DNA from: Paramicrosporidium saccamoebae KSL3
Taxonomy: Eukaryota; Fungi; Cryptomycota
Assembly: GCA_002794465.1 (NCBI GenBank)
Contig: MTSL01000159.1
Span: 31,298-63,297, forward strand
DNA length: 32,000 bases
Direction of reading: 5' to 3'
The notes under the pieces were generated by a model, which ran no database searches, was not told where the DNA came from, and saw only the letters and a program-made list of their open reading frames with translations. Below, one piece after another: positions 11,380 through 21,283 of this stretch (the stretch's first letter is position 1; each line of letters starts with the position of its first letter). The translations under genes were made by a program, and so were the position numbers.

Positions 11380-13212
11380 ATGCTCCAATATCTGGGTCGC
11401 GGAGTTTTCAGTGCCAAACCCTTTTTCTCTGGCATATCCCGGAATTCCTGGAAAAGCTACCATGCTGGGGGCAAATCAAAAGGCTGGAGTAGTGAAGGGA
11501 TGTGGGCTATTGGAGCCATGACCTTTACAATTCCGGCGATATTTTGGATTTACAATCACCGTGTAAGAGGCCCGGTACATGGGCATGAATTGAAGGAAGT
11601 TGTGGTGGAAAATCTTCAACAGATTCCACGTGATCTGGGGAGCATGGAAAGACGCCCTCTCTCACAGAATAACGATGGCTCCAAGCCACTGGTTCCTTTG
11701 ATCAAGGCCAAATACTTGTTAGTCGGAGGTGGGACTGCATCTTTTTCGGCAATGGAAGAGATACGGAGACTCGAACCTGATGCCGATATTATGATTATCA
11801 GCGAGGAGCGACATGCTCCATATCTCCGACCCCCTCTCTCCAAAGAGCTTTGGTTCAACGCAGACCTTAAAGACACTAACAATCTCCGTTTTACTGATTG
11901 GCACGGCGAACAGAAGCCAATCTTTTTCCAAAACGAAGAGTTTTTTGAGACGAAGAATATTGAGGCACCTCACATGAAGACCCGGCTTGTGCTTGGGAGG
12001 AAGGCGATTGAGCTGGATGTCCAGGCAAAACTTGTGACCTTGGATGATGGCACAGCTGTTGCGTATGAAAAGGTTCTGTTGGCGACTGGAGGCCGTCCGA
12101 AAATGCTGGCGACCATAGTCGAGTCACCGACTGAGGTTCACCGACATGTTTCAACATTTCGCACGGTTGATGACTTTTTCCGCCTTCAAAGCGCACTGGG
12201 TCCCGATAAACACGTTGTTGTCGTTGGAGGGGGATTTCTTGGGAGCGAGCTTGCCGTTGCACTGGCACAATATTCCAAAAGCCATTTTAGCGGAAACTTG
12301 CAGATTTCACAATTTTTCCCAGAAGATGGTAACATGTCCCTAGTCTTCCCGCGATATCTCAGCAGGTGGACCATGTCTCGTGTGAAGCGTGCCGGTGTAA
12401 AAGTTATTCCAAATACTCAACTCGGCTCTGTCGTGTGGGACGCTGCTCAAGATAAAGTTGTATTAAATTTGGACAATGGGGCGCAGCTAAAGGCAGATCA
12501 TGTTCTGGTTGCTATCGGGATCGAGCCAAACGTAGAGTTGGCATCACGTGCGGGTCTTGAGCTTGATCACGAGAGAGGTGGAATCCTCACCAATGCGGAA
12601 CTGCAGGCAAGGTCCGATGTGTTTGCTGCTGGTGACGCAATAAGCTTCCATGATTCGAGTTTGGGAATCAGAAGGCGTGTGGAGCACTACGATCACTCGG
12701 TGCTATCGGGGAAATTGGCAGGCGCGAACATGGTAGATTCTCAACATGCAAAGCCATACGCTGTACAGTCCATGTTCTGGAGTGATCTAGGTCCTGAAGT
12801 TGGTTACGAGGCAGTTGGCTTGATTGATTCGCGCCTCACCACGGTGGGGGTGTGGGCCGAGGCCACTTCAGAAGATTCTCCTCGTGCAGCTGATCTCGAT
12901 CCGTCTGATATTAGGGCCCAGGCAATCGGTGCCATTACATCAAGGAAAGCAGACACCTCTGAACACAAAGTCAGCTCTGTCATTCCATCGCCATCTGGTG
13001 AGAAGGCCTATGGAAAGGGAGTAGTGTTCTATGTCAAGGACCGTCGCATCGTTGGCATGGTAATGTTCAATCTGTTTAACCGGTTATCACTGGCGAGAGA
13101 AATTATCCAGGAGGAGCGAACCGTAGAGGAATTGCAAACGATGGTCGAACTGTTTAATATTAATGAGACTCTCAAACCCCCATCCCCTTCTAACTCTGAA
13201 TCCGAGTCATAA
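11380..13212 (+). CDS. AIFM1: Apoptosis-inducing factor, mitochondrial (AIFM1-type flavoprotein), intronless, 610 aa
   Basis: Presequence-like N-terminus plus a hydrophobic anchor. YLLVGGGTAS...PYLRPPLSKELW; VGGGFLGSELA; RRRVEHYDHSVLSGKLAGANM; AIF C-domain QSMFWSDLGPEVGYEAVGLIDS...YGKGVVFY. Confidence 0.9.
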   Translation: MLQYLGRGVFSAKPFFSGISRNSWKSYHAGGKSKGWSSEGMWAIGAMTFTIPAIFWIYNHRVRGPVHGHELKEVVVENLQQIPRDLGSMERRPLSQNNDGSKPLVPLIKAKYLLVGGGTASFSAMEEIRRLEPDADIMIISEERHAPYLRPPLSKELWFNADLKDTNNLRFTDWHGEQKPIFFQNEEFFETKNIEAPHMKTRLVLGRKAIELDVQAKLVTLDDGTAVAYEKVLLATGGRPKMLATIVESPTEVHRHVSTFRTVDDFFRLQSALGPDKHVVVVGGGFLGSELAVALAQYSKSHFSGNLQISQFFPEDGNMSLVFPRYLSRWTMSRVKRAGVKVIPNTQLGSVVWDAAQDKVVLNLDNGAQLKADHVLVAIGIEPNVELASRAGLELDHERGGILTNAELQARSDVFAAGDAISFHDSSLGIRRRVEHYDHSVLSGKLAGANMVDSQHAKPYAVQSMFWSDLGPEVGYEAVGLIDSRLTTVGVWAEATSEDSPRAADLDPSDIRAQAIGAITSRKADTSEHKVSSVIPSPSGEKAYGKGVVFYVKDRRIVGMVMFNLFNRLSLAREIIQEERTVEELQTMVELFNINETLKPPSPSNSESES

Positions 13213-13415
13213 AGTAATAAAGAACAATGAGTACCTGCCTGAAGCAGTGTGCTAGGGTCGATTGTGAGGGGTTATGTTATTGGTGAATGAGATGTAGTGT
13301 ATTATTGGCGAATATGGCGGCGTTTACTCTTAGTTGTCCAAATAAATAGGCTTGACAAACATGAGCACAAAACTAATTTTCATAGAATACAATACTATAA
13401 TAGCTTACCTCAGTC

Positions 13416-13488
13416 GGGGGTCTAGCTCAAATGGTAGAGCACTCGCTTAGCATGCGAGGGGTACTGGGATCGATGCCCAGGTCCTCCA
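13416..13488 (+). tRNA. tRNA-Ala (anticodon AGC), intronless
   Basis: Cloverleaf GGGGGTC/GTCCTCC with the G3:U70 Ala identity pair; D arm GCTC/GAGC; anticodon arm CTCGC-TTAGCAT-GCGAG; T arm CTGGG-ATCGATG-CCCAG; followed by a T5 Pol III terminator. Confidence 0.97.
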
Positions 13489-13528
13489 CTTTTTCGTGCA
13501 GTCACAATGTTTTGTAGTATTGCTTTAT

Positions 13529-15247
13529 TTATGAACCAACTAGCTCAGAATAGGCCTGTTCAAGTTTTTGTCGAATTTCAGCAAAAGTGGCAAAAATGCA
13601 CTGGTCACCATTTCGGCTAATCAACATGATGGGTTCATCAGTGGCTGCATCTATCTTGTTCAGAGAGCTTATGACATGTGACATGTCAATGATTGGGCGG
13701 CCGTTTTCATCTTGGCTGTGAAATACAAAGTCCCGAAACAGCTTTAGGACGTATCGATCGCCAGTTTCGGACCAATTTTGATCGTGTGCATAACTAGACA
13801 AATTATAGAGGGGGTTAGAGCCTACCTTTGGCGTTCGTTGACGAAACCCAGCTTGGATACGATACGAAAGAGTCTATCATTTTCTAATTGCAGCGCCAGA
13901 TTACTTTCCAGCAGGCATGAGCGACTACAATAAAACACCACCAGAATCGCCTACCGATGAAGTGTCATCATGACGTCATCAAAAATCCCAAAGCCCATTA
14001 AGACATTTCCGAGAGATGCGTGACTATATTCCCACACGGGTGGCAGAGCCTTCATTAAAGTTTCCACCCATACCAGCACATCAGATCGAGTGCTAACCCG
14101 AGCCACAAGATTGTCAATAATTTCGCAAAGATATCCGTAATCTTTGCTCTAAGAATGAAATAGTACGAGCAGAGGAACCTGTCGATCCTTCAGGGAGTCC
14201 GTGGCGGGCGTCTTTCTTGCAGAATTTATTAGCTCAATCACTCCAAACCCATTCACAATAATTCTCTCCATCGAAGTGGGCAACACAATATTTTCCATGC
14301 ACAGAATCTTATCCATGCACAAACCGGCTCGATGGACGGAGTGAAGCATCCAAAGAAGCTGTCCGATCCAATTCTGGATGTGAGTATCCAGGCGGTCGCT
14401 CTTGAGGAGTCGGCTGGCTCTTTCTAGCTTGACGGCACCTGGAGAGGCCTCATACACAGTCACAAGATCTGACCCCCCGAGCTGACGTGTAGAGAAGGCT
14501 TCGACAAACCTTGCTATAAATGGAGATTCAAATCTTCTGTAAGCGTCAACTGCGGCAAAGACACTTCCATCGTCAATCTCAATGCCTACGTTTGAGAGAT
14601 CCGATGCAAGTGTACTGTGAATTACATTGAGCAAATAAATGCCATTTTTTGATATTTTCCGAGACTTTGCAGAGGTAACTCGGTTTTCAGCCAAACTTTT
14701 CGGTAGATTTAAAGTTGTATCAAAAATATCTTGGCCGGCCAAGGGGAGGAAATCACGATATCCATGCAGATCGTCCGGCCAATCCGGGACTCCTAGAATT
14801 TGGTCCTATTCACCACCACTCTACTTTGATGTTCGTAATTCATCCAGTAGTTCTGCTGCTGCAAGTCAGAGCTAAGATCTGGTGACATCCACGTTCTCAA
14901 TTCCATTCCACCCGCTTCCCGCCGAAATGAGCGCCTCTGGGGTGGTCGGTACGTGGGCTTGGTTGGGGTGAATTCAGGCGCATCGATTCTGAATGTTGAC
15001 ACCCTACAGATCGTAAAGCTTGCGCAAGAGCAGCTACGAGTGCGATGATGTCATTGAGGATGGCAAAAAGGCGGGACTTTCAGGGTCAAGTCCGCCTCTC
15101 CTACAACACTCAGTCAAGTTAGTCGCAGCTCTACTTTGATGGTGTGAAAGAAGGATTATATTCATCGCTTCCCTGATAAATTAGCGTCCAGCAAGCAGGT
15201 GGCCTTACCTCAAAGCTGCGCGATGGACTGTTGCTACCACTATTCAT
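13529..15247 (-). CDS. PAN3: PAN2-PAN3 deadenylase subunit PAN3, multi-exon; start extended upstream through 3 micro-introns
   Basis: N-terminus reconstructs as MNSGSNSPSRSFE/GSDEYNPSFTPSK/RGGLDPESPAFLPSSMTSSHS/VSTFRIDAPEFTP (PAM2-like motifs). Pseudokinase region present. C-terminal WSETGDRYVLKLFRDFVFH...KIDAATDEPIMLISR. The 5' introns are 34-36 nt, two with clear CTAAY branch sites. Confidence 0.9.
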
Positions 15248-15304
15248 ACCGAAATCGGCCAATAAGACCAATTCAAATTTGAGCTCCCGGCAAGTTGAGC
15301 TTCC

Positions 15305-15629
15305 ATGGATCTCTCACAACTCCCCGAACGTGACCGTCAGCGCGTCACACGACTTTTAGAAACCAAGCAGGTAATATTACGTATCTTACTAACGGGCAGT
15401 CCCAACAGTTTCTTACCCTTTATGGCAGCATTGTGAACCAATGCTTCAAGGACTGTGTCAAGGATTTTACCTCCGAAACCCTCTCTGGAAGTGAAGTAAC
15501 TACTAATTGTGCCTTATTGTTTAGAAAGACTGCGTGAAAAATTGTACCACAAAATTTATCAAGTTGACAAACCGCACCGGCATGTTCATGGCCGAGAAAC
15601 AGATGACACCTGGAGCGCCTCCGGCATAA
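15305..15629 (+). CDS. TIM9: Mitochondrial IMS chaperone Tim9 (twin CX3C), 2 introns (absent from the ORF track)
   Basis: Spliced: MDLSQLPERDRQRVTRLLETKQSQQFLTLYGSIVNQCFKDCVKDFTSETLSGSEKDCVKNCTTKFIKLTNRTGMFMAEKQMTPGAPPA. Two 29-nt introns. Confidence 0.9.
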
Positions 15630-15663
15630 TTACATTAGCTCTTCATGTATCAATCATATAGAC

Positions 15664-16237
15664 CTATTGTGCATTTATTGGTACTTTTACTTGAATGTTG
15701 AGCAGCCGACTGAGCTCTGCATCTAATAGTTCGTCTAAGGACATTGTCTCGCGACCATAGACCCATTTCTTGTCAGCTACCGAATAATCGTATCTCTTTG
15801 GTCCACTACAACAACATTATGGAACGGCAAAAACTGCACCTGACGGGACTGGATAACCAGATTTGTTGGTTGGGAGGCTGGCGATTGATTACAAAGGTTC
15901 CTTTCGGTCCTAGTCGCAGGGTCAAAACACCGTTCTATGTGCATGTGTTACAGACAGATGGTAATTGTACACTATATTCGCAATCAAAACCGGGAATATC
16001 AATCTTGTCTCCAACATTTTCCAAGTATTCGCATAATCTCTCCAATGCGTCATTTGAAATTTGGTCATAATCCCTCTGGCTTAGGGGAAACGTCGTGAAT
16101 GAGCAACTCCAGGCATTGGAATTCAGGACTAGGTGGTTGGACCGGAAAAACGTTTTGTGTGATGACTTTGGTGCTCCAAAGAGCCTTGTTGACGCCACAA
16201 TAACAGAACGGACAGCGATGGTCAAGCGTGCAGACAT
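15664..16237 (-). CDS. YFH1: Frataxin, 2 introns
   Basis: Presequence-like [11 protein letters not shown]...; [17 protein letters not shown]; [44 protein letters not shown]...W.Y...L.ELL..EL. The ATG is at 16237; the ORF track begins at an upstream TTG. Confidence 0.93.
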
Positions 16238-16316
16238 TAACTTAAACGCCAAGGAATTTCAAAGGTTTTCCTTTAGTCAGTGCGCATTCCTCTCAGCACA
16301 TTTGCCCCCTCACCGT

Positions 16317-16667
16317 ATGAAGAGTAAGCGAATGGTAGAGGCAATACTGCTTCGAGATGTGCCCAAGTTGGGACAGCAAGGTATGCCGAGTTTAACACAG
16401 CCCTGACATCATGTAGGCGCATTGGTCCGTGTGAAGCGTATGGATGCAGGCTTATTTACTAATTACGTAGCCGGAGTATTGAGGCATCACCTGTACCCCT
16501 CTGGAGATGCAGTGTATGCCACTGACACCAACGTCATGAAATTTGTTGCGCCACTATTTTCACGCGAAACAGCACCGACCTCTCAGCAACTAAATAGAAA
16601 GATTCAGGCGGCAAAGCTTGCAGCGCAAGCGGAGATGACCACGAGCAAAAATTCTAATACAGTCTAA
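16317..16667 (+). CDS. Mitochondrial ribosomal protein bL9m (yeast MrpL50-like), 2 introns
   Basis: Spliced: MKSKRMVEAILLRDVPKLGQQGALVRVKPGVLRHHLYPSGDAVYATDTNVMKF... This fits the bL9 N-domain pattern V.LL.DV..LG..G..V.VKPG..R..LYP...AVY. Introns at 16381-16416 and 16438-16470. Confidence 0.8.
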
Positions 16668-16877
16668 ATGTGTTGTCACATACTAAGAGAATAGCAAGAC
16701 AATTACTACGCGAGAAGAAATTTGTTCATCACCAATTTGTGGGCTCACACCAATGTGTGGACAGATCAATCCATTACTTTACACATTGGGGGCGCTAACT
16801 GTTACCAAACAGTTTGGATCGTTCTCAAAAGCTCACAACCCAATCAATCTGTCACACACTATTGGCTGCTGCAATTC

Positions 16878-18175
16878 ATGCAATTTGTACCTCGTTGGAC
16901 GGCCATCAAGAGTGTTCGCAACTATTTTCGTCCTCCTCGCTATAGTAATGAGCTTACGGCTCACATGGGACCCAAAGAGGGAATACCAATCTATAGAGTA
17001 ATGGATGATAACGGTAAAGTGCAAGACTCGTCCAATGAGCCCAAGGTAAATATTCAAATGGCCAAGGTCTTATGCCGCAGTTGGCCAAGGAACTTGCACA
17101 AAAAATGATAAAGAACATGGTAACACTGACTGTAATGGATCAGATTCTTTATGACGCCCAACGCCAAGGACGCATTTCCTTTTACATGACGAGTTCTGGT
17201 GAAGAGGCAACTCACATTGGAAGTGCAGCCGCCCTCGAATCAAATGACCCAATCTTTGCCCAGTATCGTGAAATAGGCACGCTAATGTGGCGAGGATTTA
17301 CTCTTGCCGACATTATGAACCAATGTTACAGTAACCATCTGGACCCGGGGAAGGGAAGGCAGATGCCGGTGCATTATGGATCTGCAAAATACCATTTCCA
17401 AACAATCTCCAGTCCCTTGGGGACGCAAATCCCTCAGGCATCTGGCGCCGCATATGCCTTGAAGATGCGTGGTCAAAAGAATGTCGTAATGTGCTATTTT
17501 GGAGAAGGTGCAGCTAGCGAAGGGGACTTTCATGCTGGCCTAAACATGGCGGCAACTACAGAATCACCCGTGATTTTCTTCTGCAGAAACAATCATTATG
17601 CCATTTCTACTAGTCTTCAAGAACAGTATCGCGGGGATGGAATTGGTATTTGAGGTGCATAGATCTAATATGTAGCTTCCCGCGGTCCAGGTTATGGGAT
17701 CCCCGCGTTTCGGGTCGACGGAAACGATTTGTTGGCTGTTTATAACACCACTCAGCTAGCTCGTAAAATGGCACTCGAGAAGAATTCTCCAGTATTGATC
17801 GAAGCCATCACTTATAGAGTTGGTCACCACAGTACTTCAGACGACTCTACTGCATACAGAGGCCAAGAAGAGATTGACAATTGGACGAAGGCGAGCAATC
17901 CTATCACCAAATTTGCAAACTATCTTAAAAATAAGAATTGGTGGAGCGATGAACAGGAAAAATCCCTTCGCGATCAGGTCCGTAAACAAGTTTTGACTGA
18001 ATTTACTGCTGCCGAACAACAAAAGAAACCTGCAATCGATGAAATGTTCACTGACGTATATGATGAAATGCCATGGAATTTAAAAGCCCAAAGGGAAGAG
18101 TTGAAACAGATCCTCAAGGAGAATCCCGATAAATACCCGCTGGACCAGCATGTCGAGTCCCCATCCCTTAAATAA
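16878..18175 (+). CDS. BCKDHA: Branched-chain alpha-keto acid dehydrogenase E1 alpha subunit, 2 introns
   Basis: IPIYRVMD...[25 protein letters not shown]...[14 protein letters not shown]...[12 protein letters not shown]...[15 protein letters not shown]...[10 protein letters not shown]...RVDGND...[12 protein letters not shown]. Confidence 0.95.
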
Positions 18176-18205
18176 AATGCCCGTGATTGGCTGATAGTTT
18201 TCCTG

Positions 18206-19214
18206 ATGGATTTTAAGGATATTATTCAAGCAGAGATTCTTTCCAAGCGGAAAATTTACGAAGAAAGGGCCGGAACAAAGAAGTATACCAGGAGGGGAGA
18301 ATTTGGAGGAGCTGAAGTAACGGTTGATGTAGATGCGGCCGCAGGTGTGGATACAGGTGCGAATGTGGACGTACCTATAGAAAGACGCGAGGAGCACAAC
18401 GAGTACGAAAAGCATCAAAACCAAAACCAAAACCAACACCAACACCAGCACGAACACGAGCACGAACGCAAACTTGAGCATATACCCGATGCTTCAGTTG
18501 TTAAAGCCGCCACCGTTGTAGACCCATCTGTAGAGGTGAACACTACTGATACGCCCGCCGTAGCCGCTATGGTGGAAACTTCGCCTAGCAAAAAGTTTGA
18601 CGAGGCTTTGCTTGTTGGAGTCATGGAGACGGAGCCGATTTGCGCTGAGGATATCAAGGATGATCCAGCCAAACTGCGCAGCCTAATTTCCCTCTTTCTC
18701 AGGCGTTTAATACGTGAACAGGGTGCAGTTCTAGCTCAGCGCTTGCCTGATGACAGAAGCTCGCGGGAGGGGAAATTAGCAACGACAGTTTATCAGCAGT
18801 GCCAGGACCATCTGCGGCCACTATTTAAGCACTTGCGCAAGGACTTGCTGCCAGCCGATGTATTGTACAGTTTGGCTACAATTTGCGGATTCATGCAGCA
18901 GAGAGAGTATGTAAAGGCCAACGACATGTATTTAAAGCTGGCAATTGGCAATGCGCCTTGGCCTATTGGAGTCACCGCAGTCGGAATCCACGAGAGGTCT
19001 GCACAGGAAAAGATCAAGTCAAATCAAGTTGCCCGTATGTGACGCCATCTCAATGTTTTACGATTTAGATGTTCTTAACGACGAGGTTTCTAGAAAGTGG
19101 ATCCAGGCGGTTAAGCGGCTAATGACGTTTTGTCAAGGAATCTACCCTTCGCCCAATAGATCGAAAATGGTAAGACTACTGCATCATTGATAACTGATCA
19201 CATAGATGGGCTAG
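18206..19214 (+). CDS. PRP18: Pre-mRNA splicing factor Prp18, 2 introns near the 3' end
   Basis: N-terminal MDFKDIIQAEILSKRK; C-domain LRPLFKHLR...QQREYVKANDMYLKLAIGNAPWPIGVTAVGIHERSAQEKI...LNDEVSRKWIQAVKRLMTFCQ. A final micro-exon MG* is inferred. Confidence 0.92.
18416..18469 (+). repeat. Coding hexamer microsatellite in PRP18 (QN)3(QH)3(EH)2ER
   Basis: CAAAAC x3, CAACAC x2, CAGCAC, GAACAC, GAGCAC, GAACGC read directly. Confidence 0.9.
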
Positions 19215-19311
19215 TCGCAGATAAGAAATAAACACATTATTTTTTTCAAACGGCCCAATGGGCTCGGAAACCCCGGTCGACTCTAGGCTTTTTTCTCTCG
19301 GCCAAGCATCC

Positions 19312-20142
19312 ATGTAAGTGTCGCTGTCCATAATTATACAGGCCACGGCCATCCGTGCTGGACGGCCTCCATCCTATCATTTTAGACCGCTGCCAACAGA
19401 TACTAATGCATGTGTAGGTCGAACCTGAGACTTCAACGTCGCCTGGCTGCCAGCATCCTCAAGGCTGGTAAACGCAAGATTTGGCTGGACCCCAACGAGG
19501 CCGCCGAAATCGGAAACGCCAATTCCCGTATGCTTTAGGGGTGTGGATTTGCTAATAGTGCGTGTAGGTCAGTCTGTTCGCAAGCTCATTAAGGATGGTT
19601 TGGTGCTGAAGAAGCCCCAGGAGATTCATTCTCGCTTCCGTGTCCGTCAAATGGCCGAGGCTAAGCGCAAGGGCCGTCACTCTGGTGTTGGTAAGCGCCG
19701 TGGTACCCGTGAGGCCCGTATGCCCTCCAAGGTCATCTGGCTCCGTCGCATGCGCGTCCTTCGCCGCATGCTCCGTCGTCTTCGTGATGCTGGAAAGATT
19801 GACCGTCACATGTACCACGCTCTCTACCTCAAGGTTAAGGGTAACGTGTTCAAGAACAAGCGCGTTCTCCTCGAGCACATTCACAAGGCCAAGGCTGAAC
19901 AGGCTCGTTTGAAGCTTGCCAGTGACCAGGCTGAGGCTCTTCGTTCTCGCTCGCATGCCGCCAAGGAGCGTCAGGCTAAGCGTGCCGAGGCCAAGAAGAT
20001 TGAGCAGGAGCAGTTGGCTGCTGATGCCATTGCTGCCGCCAAGAAGGGTGCCGGTTTCAGTGCCAGTGGTGCTCCCAAGAAGACTGAAGACAAGCCCGCT
20101 GCTGCCCCCAAGAAGGCTGCCGGCAAGACCAAGTCCAAGTAA
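19312..20142 (+). CDS. RPL19: 60S ribosomal protein eL19; the start codon is split by a 104-nt intron (19314-19417); second short intron
   Basis: AT/G TCG AAC CTG: [28 protein letters not shown]...[15 protein letters not shown]...[20 protein letters not shown]...[21 protein letters not shown]. Confidence 0.97.
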
Positions 20143-20308
20143 ATTCCGTTAGCATAAACCGTGTACTCTTTTAATACAATGGATCAGTACAATAATAATA
20201 TATGGTAATGGTAGGGATTGCGAGATGAAATTTTCACACTCGGACCAGGGTCGGTCTCCTTTGGGCTTGGACTTTTTTCTCGTCATCGTTCCAACCGCAT
20301 CGTATCAA

Positions 20309-20628
20309 ATGACTTCCAACTCTTCTCGTTTTGTTGCTCGCAAGTGGTACACTGCCCATTTTGAGCATCCATTCTAATCCATAGCTCTGCCACTGGCCGT
20401 CTTATTAACGCCAAGGACCACTCCAGCGTCCAGATTAACGTCGCCGAGGTTGATGCCTCTGGAATCATTACTGGAAAGTACAAGAGCTTTGCTCTTTGCG
20501 GGTTCGTGCGTCAGAACACTGAGGCTGACGACTCCCTCAACCGTCTCGCCACTGAGGCTGGTCTTTTGAAGACGTATGAGCTTGTATTGGTTTGTTGACT
20601 GTGTAGTGTCTGGTCTGCCCAGCAGTAA
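20309..20628 (+). CDS. RPS21: 40S ribosomal protein eS21, 2 introns (absent from the ORF track)
   Basis: Spliced: [82 protein letters not shown]. Confidence 0.95.
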
Positions 20629-20774
20629 GTAAGAAGAGATTATTATTAGTGTGCGTGAAATAAAGTGAATGAAATACGAAATTGATCAGGCCTAATAGTT
20701 GTTGTATACGCCCGTATATTTATACGCGCTGTCCTGATAGGCCGGCAGGGTAAACTAGCACTTTAGCATTTTAC

Positions 20775-21283
20775 ATGGAGGGCACTCAACAAGTACTCGT
20801 AATCCTTCCCAATAGTGACTTTTATAGCACGAGTTGACGGCAGACCAGATGGCAGAGCTGAAGGAGGCCTTTTCAATGTTTGACAAGGACGGCGACGGCA
20901 CTATAACAGCCTCCGAACTAGCTTCGGTGTTGCATGCCCTCGGTCAGAGGCCCACTGACGATGAGCTCCAAATTATGCTCAACAGCGTCGATTCCAACCA
21001 AGACGGCGTTGTCGACTTTTCCGAGTTCCTTGAGCTCATGCGCAATCATTTCTATGCGGACGGAGAGGCGCCGACGGCAGAGGCCGAGTTGCTGGAGGCA
21101 TTTCGTATTTTCGATCGGAACGGGGACGGGTTCATCACGGAGGAAGAGCTAAGACAGGCGTTGTTGAATCTGGGCGAAAGATTGACGGGAGAACAGATTC
21201 GGGACATGCTGAGTGCGGCTGACAAGGATGGAAATGGACTGATTGATTATAGCGAATTTGCTGCCATGATGAACAATCAGTAA
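20775..21283 (+). CDS. Calmodulin-like protein with 4 EF-hands (divergent), 1 intron
   Basis: [21 protein letters not shown]; EF loops [48 protein letters not shown]. Too divergent to call canonical calmodulin confidently. Confidence 0.85.

Noticed and set aside
13421-13482. U6:U67 mismatch in the tRNA-Ala acceptor stem suggesting a pseudogene
   Set aside because: The same mismatch occurs in yeast tRNA-Ala(IGC), and all other elements and the terminator are intact.
15065-15096. Hairpin GGCGGGACTT/AAGTCCGCC followed by T5 on the minus strand (Pol III terminator-like); also ACTTTCAGGG (U3-like) and GAAAGTCCCG (RNase MRP-like)
   Set aside because: It lies inside a reconstructed PAN3 exon (GGLDPESPAFLP). 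The other U3 and MRP boxes are absent.
16720-16830. Hairpins CCAATGTGT/ACACATTGG and AACTGTT/AACAGTT, and a GTGATGA box-C-like motif on the minus strand
   Set aside because: No partner D, H or ACA box at suitable spacing. Probably BCKDHA promoter DNA with CCAAT boxes.
20225-20308. In-frame upstream ATG extending eS21 by 28 aa
   Set aside because: The extension is not eS21-like and overlaps the promoter motif shared with RPL19.
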